NCBI GenBank assembly: GCA_026417625.1
Contig: JAOACW010000007.1
Span: 19,658-83,657, forward strand
Source of the DNA: Syntrophales bacterium
GTDB taxonomy: Bacteria; Desulfobacterota; Syntrophia; Syntrophales; UBA8958
DNA: 64,000 nt
Direction: 5' to 3'
Positions 57,498 to 64,000 of this stretch are shown here, piece by piece; position 1 is the first letter of the stretch, and each line of letters opens with the position of its first letter. The position numbers were made by a program, and so were the translations under genes. Below the pieces are notes generated by a model. The model was given only the letters and a program-made list of their open reading frames with translations, was not told the DNA's origin and searched no databases.

Positions 57498-58455
57498 AAC
57501 GACAGATATGCTATGCGCTTCTTTTACACTGAAAGAGGCGTATGAAGTCATGGGCAGAGAATTGTCTCGACTCTTCGAAGCCGGTGCTTTTTATAGATTT
57601 AACGCTTTAAAATCCCTGCTAGAATTGGTAGTAAGTTGGGGCTATACACCACACAGCACCATTTTTACGACATCTGATTGCCTGGCAATCCGAAGGAGCA
57701 GACCTCACCTCGTTGCCGGATCACTTAAAGAAATACCATGTGGTCACTGCTCCGGTGAAAACGACGGACGGATGTCTATGTGCCTTCCCATGAATGTCCA
57801 TGGAGAATTTATAGGTCTCCTTCACTTTAGGAGCAACCCACCACCCAATTATTCGAATAGGGGAATTGAAACGTTTGAGCAACTCTGCCTGATAACAGCA
57901 CAACAGATTCGTCTCGCCCTGATGAATTTAAAATTACGGGAAGACATAACTCTGATCTCAACCAAAGATCCTCTGACAGGTCTAGTTAATCGTCGGCATG
58001 TGGAACCTACACTAGAATTGGAACTTAGAAAAGCTAAAAGACAGGAAAAACCTGTGGGTATGATGTTTATCGACATCGACCACTTGGGAAGAATAAATCG
58101 TAATTATGGTTTTGAAGAGGGAGAGCGAATAATCAAAGATTTAGCTGCACTTCTCAACATCGTAAAAAGGGATGAAGATATAGCCTGTCGGTGGGGAGCA
58201 GATGAGTTTATTGTTATACTACCCGGCGTATCTTTGGAATCTACGAAAAGAAGGGCGGAAAACATAAGGGAAATGTTAAAAGACAGGGCAGAATACGAAC
58301 ACAGTAGGCATTTGAAGAGAATAACCCTTTCCATTGGCGTAGCCGCTTTCCCGGAACATGGTGAAACAGCACAAGACCTGATACAGTCCGTACGGCTTGC
58401 CCTTGAAAAAGCGAAACGGGAAGGGAGAGATAGAGTGACTGTAGCTGAATATTGA
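57445..58455 (+). CDS. GAF-like - GGDEF-domain protein (motif GADEF, I-site RDED present)
   Basis: DPLTGLVNRRH...MFIDIDHLGRINRNYG...KRDEDIACRWGADEFIVILPG. The start is uncertain (57445, 57460 or 57508). Confidence 0.8.
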   Translation: MLGTTMALSKNKIKSLVKTTDMLCASFTLKEAYEVMGRELSRLFEAGAFYRFNALKSLLELVVSWGYTPHSTIFTTSDCLAIRRSRPHLVAGSLKEIPCGHCSGENDGRMSMCLPMNVHGEFIGLLHFRSNPPPNYSNRGIETFEQLCLITAQQIRLALMNLKLREDITLISTKDPLTGLVNRRHVEPTLELELRKAKRQEKPVGMMFIDIDHLGRINRNYGFEEGERIIKDLAALLNIVKRDEDIACRWGADEFIVILPGVSLESTKRRAENIREMLKDRAEYEHSRHLKRITLSIGVAAFPEHGETAQDLIQSVRLALEKAKREGRDRVTVAEY

Positions 58456-58470
58456 GTGAACAACTTTTTC

Positions 58471-58499
58471 TTGACAAATAAAAAGAAATTTCATAGGGT
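58471..58499 (+). promoter_or_regulatory. sigma70-type promoter for rplM-rpsI, TTGACA-N17-TAGGGT
   Basis: Perfect -35 element and 17-nt spacer with a moderate -10 element. It lies 35 nt upstream of the rplM ATG. Confidence 0.5.
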
Positions 58500-58533
58500 C
58501 GCAAATCGATTTTTTGAATAACCGGTGGTAACT

Positions 58534-58968
58534 ATGAAAAAAACCACAATTTTTGCGAAAAAGGGAGAGGTTGAAAAAAACTGGTACGTTGTAGATGCCC
58601 AGGGCAAGGTACTGGGAAGACTGGCAAGCAAGATCGCTGCAATCCTGCGTGGTAAACATAAACCGATTTATACCCCCCACGTGGACACAGGGGATTTTGT
58701 CATTGTGATAAATGCCGATAAAATAGTGCTCACGGGTAAGAAAAATAAAGACAAAATCTATTACCATCATTCCCGTTATCCAGGGGGACTTAAATCAACA
58801 CCAGCGTGGATAATGTTGGAAAAGAAACCAGAAGAAGTGGTGAGATTAGCAGTAAAGGGAATGCTTCCCAAAAACCCTCTTGGCAGAGCTATGCTAAGGA
58901 AACTCAAGGTTTACAGGGGTGGTGCTCACCCACACGCAGCACAATGCCCAAAAGTACTTAACATCTAG
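58534..58968 (+). CDS. rplM: 50S ribosomal protein L13
   Basis: [48 protein letters not shown] 58534 follows SD GGTGG. Confidence 0.97.
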   Translation: MKKTTIFAKKGEVEKNWYVVDAQGKVLGRLASKIAAILRGKHKPIYTPHVDTGDFVIVINADKIVLTGKKNKDKIYYHHSRYPGGLKSTPAWIMLEKKPEEVVRLAVKGMLPKNPLGRAMLRKLKVYRGGAHPHAAQCPKVLNI

Positions 58969-58982
58969 GTAAGGCGAGCAAA

Positions 58983-59381
58983 ATGGTTGCGGTAGAAAAA
59001 AGATATTATGCCACAGGAAAGAGAAAAACGGCAATTGCCCGGGTTTACATGAAAAAGGGTATGGGTAACTGGATAATAAACAAACGTTCGTTAGATGAAT
59101 ATTTCCCTAGAGAAACCTTAAAATACATTATCCAGCAACCACTGGAGCTCGTGGGGCAGACAGGAAAATTCGATTTCTATATCAATGTTCGCGGTGGAGG
59201 TATTTCCGGTCAGGCTGAAGCGATAAGACATGGCATAGCGAAGGCGCTGGTTGAATACGACAGTGAATTGAGAAGTATCCTAAAAAAAGAAGGGTTTTTA
59301 ACTCGAGACCCCCGGGTGAAGGAAAGAAAAAAATACGGTCAGCCTGGAGCAAGGAAGCGGTACCAGTACTCCAAGCGCTAA
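58983..59381 (+). CDS. rpsI: 30S ribosomal protein S9
   Basis: [13 protein letters not shown]...[19 protein letters not shown]...[25 protein letters not shown]. Confidence 0.97.
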   Translation: MVAVEKRYYATGKRKTAIARVYMKKGMGNWIINKRSLDEYFPRETLKYIIQQPLELVGQTGKFDFYINVRGGGISGQAEAIRHGIAKALVEYDSELRSILKKEGFLTRDPRVKERKKYGQPGARKRYQYSKR

Positions 59382-59416
59382 CTTTTCAGATCTTTCCCTT
59401 ATTGTACTGAGGATAT

Positions 59417-60454
59417 ATGGTAAAGGTTGCCATTTATGGAGCTTCTGGCTATACAGGACAGGAGTTATTGAGGTTATTACTTTACCATCCCCACGTTGAG
59501 GTTACTGCTGTAACATCTAGACGCTATGCAGATTATCCTGTTTCCCATGTGTTCCCCATTTTCACAGGGGTTACTACCCTCCATTTTGAAAACGCCCCCC
59601 CTGAATCAGTGGCTTCCCGATGCGACATCGTGTTTCTTGCCCTACCCCATGCTGTTTCCATGACAGTTGCGGAGACCTTTCTGAAGGCGGGGTGCAGGGT
59701 AGTGGATTTAAGCGCTGACTTTCGCCTACGCAACAGAGAAACATACGAACACTGGTATGAACCCCACAAGACTCCCCACCTCTTATCCCAGGCAGTTTAC
59801 GGAATCCCAGAAATCTATAGGATTCACATCCGAGAAGCTCAATTAGTGGCCAATCCTGGATGCTACCCTACCAGCATTATCCTGGGATTGGCTCCCTTAG
59901 TTGCTCATCGGTTAATCGAAACCAAAGGAATAATCATAGATTCTAAATCCGGTGTCAGTGGAGCAGGACGAGAACCAACCGTAACTTCTCTTTTCTGCGA
60001 GGTCGATGAAGATTTCCGTGCTTACAAAGTGGCTAGCCACCGGCATACACCAGAAATCGAGCAGGAACTGAGCAGACTCGCAGGTACAGATGTGGAAGTC
60101 AATTTTACCCCTCATCTATTGCCTCTGTCCCGAGGTATATTGAGTACCATGTACGCAAACCTAAAAGAGTTCTGGAGCACCGATGAGATTGTCAATCTGT
60201 ACAGAGAATTCTATAAAAATGAAAAATTCATACGCGTTTATGAGAAGGGAAAACTACCTGCTATTTCTTCCGTTCGCGGTTCCAATTTCTGTGACATTGG
60301 TATCACCGTCGATACCAGAACAAACAGGGTTATAATAATTTCGGTCATCGATAACTTGATAAAGGGAGCCTCTGGCCAAGCCATCCAAAATATGAACATA
60401 ATGTGCGGTTTTGAAGAGGATAGTGGGCTTAGAGTTATGCCTCTTTATCCGTGA
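59417..60454 (+). CDS. argC: N-acetyl-gamma-glutamyl-phosphate reductase
   Basis: VAIYGASGYTGQELLRLL and the active-site context ANPGCYPTS. Confidence 0.95.
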   Translation: MVKVAIYGASGYTGQELLRLLLYHPHVEVTAVTSRRYADYPVSHVFPIFTGVTTLHFENAPPESVASRCDIVFLALPHAVSMTVAETFLKAGCRVVDLSADFRLRNRETYEHWYEPHKTPHLLSQAVYGIPEIYRIHIREAQLVANPGCYPTSIILGLAPLVAHRLIETKGIIIDSKSGVSGAGREPTVTSLFCEVDEDFRAYKVASHRHTPEIEQELSRLAGTDVEVNFTPHLLPLSRGILSTMYANLKEFWSTDEIVNLYREFYKNEKFIRVYEKGKLPAISSVRGSNFCDIGITVDTRTNRVIIISVIDNLIKGASGQAIQNMNIMCGFEEDSGLRVMPLYP

Positions 60455-60474
60455 GATAAGGCAGAGGAGGAATT

Positions 60475-61953
60475 ATGGCCATAAAAATCTACAACACGCT
60501 ATCACGGAGTAAAGAAGAATTCAAACCATTGACCCCTGGCAAAGTGGGCATCTATACATGTGGAATTACGGCTTACGATTATTGCCACATAGGCCATGCC
60601 CGCTCAGCAGTTGTCTTTGACGTGATCACCCGGTACTTTCGTTACAGGGGTTATGATGTAAAATACGTGAAGAATTTCACCGACGTGGATGACAAAATCA
60701 TAGAAAAAGCACAAACCTTAGGAACATCCATTGGCGAGATCACAGAGAAATTCATAGCCGAACACGACAGGGATATGGAGGCCCTAGGCGTGATGAAACC
60801 CACAGTTTCACCAAGGGCCACAGAAAACATAGACGGCATGATTGAACTTATCAAGAAATTACTGGATAAAAACCTCGCCTATGTGGTGGATGGTGATGTG
60901 TACTTTGCCGTCGATAATTTCCCCTGCTACGGTAAGCTCTCAGGGAGAAGTCTCGAGGAGATGATGGCCGGGGCCAGGGTAGAAGTAAATGTAAGGAAAA
61001 AGAATCCCCTCGATTTTGCCCTCTGGAAAGCGAGCAAAGAAGGTGAACCAAGTTGGGAGAGTCCTTGGGGAAGGGGACGTCCCGGTTGGCATATAGAGTG
61101 CTCCGTAATGAGTCAGCGTTTTCTTGGCGAGACATTCGACATACACGGAGGCGGCGAGGACCTCATCTTTCCCCATCATGAGAATGAGATTGCCCAGTCA
61201 GAAGGTGCAACGGGAAAACCGCTCGCTCGATATTGGGTTCACAACGGTTTTGTCCGGGTGAAAAGTGAAAAGATGTCAAAATCCCTCGGTAATATCGTGA
61301 CAATTCGCGACATACTCGAACGCTATCATCCTGAGGTGTTACGATTATTCATTATATCGAGTCACTACCGCAGCCCCATTGATTTTTCCCCTGAAGCACT
61401 GTCAGAAGCCCGCATGGGGATGGAAAGACTCTACAATACTTTGAAATCCATAAAAGATGCCCTTTCCGAAGATACATATGAAGAAGAATCTCAACTGGAA
61501 CTCACAGAAGAGGACCGTAATCTCCTAGAAAAACTAGACCATATACGTGAATCCTTCATAGAAGCTATGGACGATGACTTCAACACCGCCCGAGCACTTG
61601 GTTTCTTGTTCGACACCGCACGAAGCGTTAACAGTTACATAGGAAAAGTTTCAAAACCCTGCACAGCATCTCAAAGGAATGTGCTCAAGAGATGCCAGAG
61701 TTTATTCCAGGAACTGGGGCAGATCTTTGGTATCTTCAATGAGGATCCTGACGATTACTTTAGGAAAGATCGGGAGAGAGAAGCAAAACATCGAAACATC
61801 GATCTGAACGAGATCGAAAAACTGCTGGAAGAACGTCATCAAGCAAGACTGAAAAAGGATTGGGTTAAAGCAGATGAGATCCGCCAAAAACTACTCGAGA
61901 AGGGTATCACATTAAAGGATACCCCCAAAGGAACGGAATGGGGTTTTGTGTAA
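60475..61953 (+). CDS. cysS: cysteine--tRNA ligase
   Basis: HIGH motif as CHIGHARS, KMSKS as present, and the zinc-site context WHIECS. Confidence 0.97.
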   Translation: MAIKIYNTLSRSKEEFKPLTPGKVGIYTCGITAYDYCHIGHARSAVVFDVITRYFRYRGYDVKYVKNFTDVDDKIIEKAQTLGTSIGEITEKFIAEHDRDMEALGVMKPTVSPRATENIDGMIELIKKLLDKNLAYVVDGDVYFAVDNFPCYGKLSGRSLEEMMAGARVEVNVRKKNPLDFALWKASKEGEPSWESPWGRGRPGWHIECSVMSQRFLGETFDIHGGGEDLIFPHHENEIAQSEGATGKPLARYWVHNGFVRVKSEKMSKSLGNIVTIRDILERYHPEVLRLFIISSHYRSPIDFSPEALSEARMGMERLYNTLKSIKDALSEDTYEEESQLELTEEDRNLLEKLDHIRESFIEAMDDDFNTARALGFLFDTARSVNSYIGKVSKPCTASQRNVLKRCQSLFQELGQIFGIFNEDPDDYFRKDREREAKHRNIDLNEIEKLLEERHQARLKKDWVKADEIRQKLLEKGITLKDTPKGTEWGFV

Positions 61954-62109
61954 TCACCTTCAAGTGTATAAAAATTATCTATCAGACCTGCCGAACTGGT
62001 TAGTCTGTATACGATTATATTTGAGGAATTTGCTTTCTTTTCTTCTAAAACACCGATACAGCAAGACAAAAATCCTTTTGGCTTTTTTTTTGCAAAAAAT
62101 TACCTGAAA

Positions 62110-63414
62110 ATGTACAAAACGGTGTTAAGAATCTTAATAGCAACATTACTCGTTCACACACTTGCATTACCGGGACACACAGAGGTTTTACCGGAGATAA
62201 GGTATGGCGAAAAGTTAGCTCTTTCCCGTCTAATTGAAATTGCACTTAGAAAACATCCCACTTTAGTTGCTGCTTCAAACAACACTGTTGCCGCTGAAAC
62301 CAGAATAGATCTGGCAAAATCTAACCTCTATCCGCAATTAAACTGGTCAAATTCGGTTCAACGCATTGATCCTTATCATACCCCGAAAGGGAAAATTCCA
62401 GCCACAACTGGTGACGTCTACAATAACTACACCACCTCTATCAATGTGAGCCAAAACATATACGATTTCAAGAGAACAGGGACGCAAATTGAAATTCAAA
62501 AAATGAATGCAAAGGCGGCAAATTTTGAACTTGAAGCAACAAAGAAAAAAATCATCCTTGGTGTTCGTCAGGCATATTACAATCTCCTCAAAGCAAGCCA
62601 CCAGCGAAGCGTTGCAGTAGAAACAGTAAATCAATTCCAACAACATCTGGAACAGGCCCGCAAGTTATTCGAGGTCGGAATGCGGCCCAAAATAGATGTC
62701 ACAAAGGCCGAAGTTGACCTTAGCAATGCACGCCTGAATCTTCTCAAAGCTGAGAACACCCTTAAACTAGCCATAGCCTCTTTGAATTCAGCCATAGGTT
62801 GTCCGGATGCACCAGAGTACACAGTAGAGGACGACACAAACTATACAGCAGAAGTTATCTCGTTCGAAGAAGCACTGAAAACTGCATACGAAAACCGGCC
62901 CGATTTAAAGGCTCAACTGGCCAGAGTAGAAGCAAACAGGCAAGCAATTACATTGGCTAAAACAGGATACCTTCCCACTATAACAGGTACTGCAAGCATC
63001 GGTTATGGTGGGCAACAGTTCCCCATTGATGAGGGCTGGTCCGTGGCGGCCAGTCTAAACATACCCTTATTCAGTGGATTTTCCACGACGTACGAAATTC
63101 AAGAATCTCTGGCGAATCTCGAAGTTGCCAGAGCAAATGCGGAAAACCTTCGACAGAGTATTTACCTAGAAGTTCGCCAGGCTTACTTGAACATAAACGA
63201 AGCGCTAGGGCGCATCGAAAATGCAAGAATTGCCATACAGCAAGCAGAAGAAAACCGTGAATTGGTTATAGGCCGATACAATGCAGGACTAGGAAACTCT
63301 ATAGAGGTGGCAGACGCCATCGCAGCGGCCAGCAATGCAAAGTTAAACTACTGGTCTGCCTTTTACGACCTTAAATCAGAGATAGCAGCCTTAGAAAAAG
63401 CAATGGGAAAATGA
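62110..63414 (+). CDS. TolC-family outer-membrane efflux protein
   Basis: Signal peptide and two repeated OEP halves (...ARLNLLKAENTLKLA..., ...ARANAENLRQSIYLEVRQAY...). Confidence 0.9.
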   Translation: MYKTVLRILIATLLVHTLALPGHTEVLPEIRYGEKLALSRLIEIALRKHPTLVAASNNTVAAETRIDLAKSNLYPQLNWSNSVQRIDPYHTPKGKIPATTGDVYNNYTTSINVSQNIYDFKRTGTQIEIQKMNAKAANFELEATKKKIILGVRQAYYNLLKASHQRSVAVETVNQFQQHLEQARKLFEVGMRPKIDVTKAEVDLSNARLNLLKAENTLKLAIASLNSAIGCPDAPEYTVEDDTNYTAEVISFEEALKTAYENRPDLKAQLARVEANRQAITLAKTGYLPTITGTASIGYGGQQFPIDEGWSVAASLNIPLFSGFSTTYEIQESLANLEVARANAENLRQSIYLEVRQAYLNINEALGRIENARIAIQQAEENRELVIGRYNAGLGNSIEVADAIAAASNAKLNYWSAFYDLKSEIAALEKAMGK

Positions 63415-63416
63415 AG

Positions 63417-64000
63417 ATGGGCACACGTATAACCCGAAAACGTATATTTTACCTTACCTCCACCGTCTTACTACTTTTAGGAACCATTCTATTTTTTTAC
63501 AGATGCAACAATGCAAACCCTCGGTTATTCCGCACTGAAAAAGTTGCGAGAGGCGATATCCAGTCTGTCATTACAGCTACAGGAAAAGTTGACGCGGTAA
63601 CCACTGTTATTGTCGGAGCCCAGCTTTCTGGAATGATAAAGGAGCTCCACGTGGACTATAACAGCAAAGTCAAAAAAGGCCAGCTCTTAGCTAGAATAGA
63701 TCCGGCTCTTTATGAAGCCCAAGTTGAGCAGGCTCGGGCAAACTTACTTCTCGCAAAGGCCAACCTAGAGAAAGCGGAGGCCCAAGCTAGGGACGCACAA
63801 AGGACACTTTCCCGGTATGAAAAGCTGATAGAGAAAAACTTTATATCAAGAAGCGAACTCGATACCGCCATGACAAATCTAGAAACAGCAGAAGCTCAGG
63901 TAAAGGCAGCAAAAGCTCAATACGAGCAAGCCAAGGCTTCCCTTAAAACGGCCGAGACCAACCTTCGCTACACTCAGATACGGTCTCCAGTGGACGGGAT
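63417..64000 (+). CDS. HlyD/RND-type periplasmic adaptor (membrane fusion protein), 3' end cut by the window edge
   Basis: It is not in the ORF track because there is no stop within the window. The ATG is 2 nt after the TolC stop. Sequence includes GDIQSVITATGKVDAVTTVIVGAQLSGMIKELHVDYNSKVKKGQLLARIDP, a coiled-coil hairpin, and YTQIRSPVDG. Confidence 0.85.
   Translation, partial: MGTRITRKRIFYLTSTVLLLLGTILFFYRCNNANPRLFRTEKVARGDIQSVITATGKVDAVTTVIVGAQLSGMIKELHVDYNSKVKKGQLLARIDPALYEAQVEQARANLLLAKANLEKAEAQARDAQRTLSRYEKLIEKNFISRSELDTAMTNLETAEAQVKAAKAQYEQAKASLKTAETNLRYTQIRSPVDG

Noticed and set aside
62052-62059. ACCGATAC upstream of the TolC-like gene, considered as a sigma28 -10 box.
   Set aside because: There is no TAAA-type -35 element at the 12-nt spacing used by the six accepted sites; the sequence at that position is GCTTTCTT.
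62069-62091. AAAAATCC-TTTT-GGCTTTTTTTTT after cysS, considered as a terminator.
   Set aside because: The stem is A/T-rich with a mismatch and a 4-nt loop. It is too weak to list as a feature, although the T9 run is suggestive.
1-64000. A search by eye for CRISPR arrays, tandem repeats, IS elements or integrases, tRNA and rRNA genes, and toxin-antitoxin or defence-type gene pairs.
   Set aside because: I found none. Intergenic space is small and is accounted for by promoters and terminators. A computational repeat and tRNA scan is still needed, because an eye scan of 64 kb can miss dispersed repeats.

Overview
Hand analysis only; all motif coordinates were indexed by eye. The window is roughly 40% GC and comes from a diderm bacterium (L- and P-ring genes and TolC are present). 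I cannot name the taxon.

About two thirds of the window is a flagellar regulon:
- fliC-fliD-fliS-flaG on the plus strand.
- On the minus strand: flgN-flgK-flgL-csrA-fliW; flgM; flgF-G-A-H-I-J; a sigma28-driven four-gene module; one long fliL-M-N-O-P-Q-R-flhB-A-F-G-fliA operon; and fliK-flgD-flgE.

A ~12 kb sugar-modification and glycosyltransferase island (7.1-19.6 kb) lies directly upstream of the flagellin gene and is co-oriented with it. The flanks carry signalling genes (two hybrid PAS histidine kinases, a REC-HD-GYP regulator, a GAF-GGDEF protein, and a metallophosphoesterase fusion). They also carry an ACAD-like/MoxR pair, housekeeping genes (rplM-rpsI-argC-cysS), and a TolC/MFP efflux pair. 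I saw no rRNA, tRNA, CRISPR array, transposase or integrase.

Main things worth a second look:
1. A GT2-radical SAM-GT2 mega-gene in the glycosylation island, split by a +1 frameshift between its CxxxCxxC and GGEP motifs.
2. A sigma28-driven module encoding a YjfB-like protein, a DUF2802-like protein, a second FliK-C-terminal-like protein, and a free-standing copy of the FlhB C-terminal subdomain lacking the NPTH cleavage site.
3. flhF interrupted by a 1-nt deletion just after its P-loop.
4. A G8 tract in an island gene.
5. Six sigma28 and four strong (plus three weaker) sigma54 promoter matches that partition the regulon into transcription units.
6. An 887-aa FliD built from four repeated modules, paired with a minimal 273-aa flagellin.
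7. An ATP-lid-less histidine-kinase-like gene and a fliL paralogue at the end of the fliA operon.
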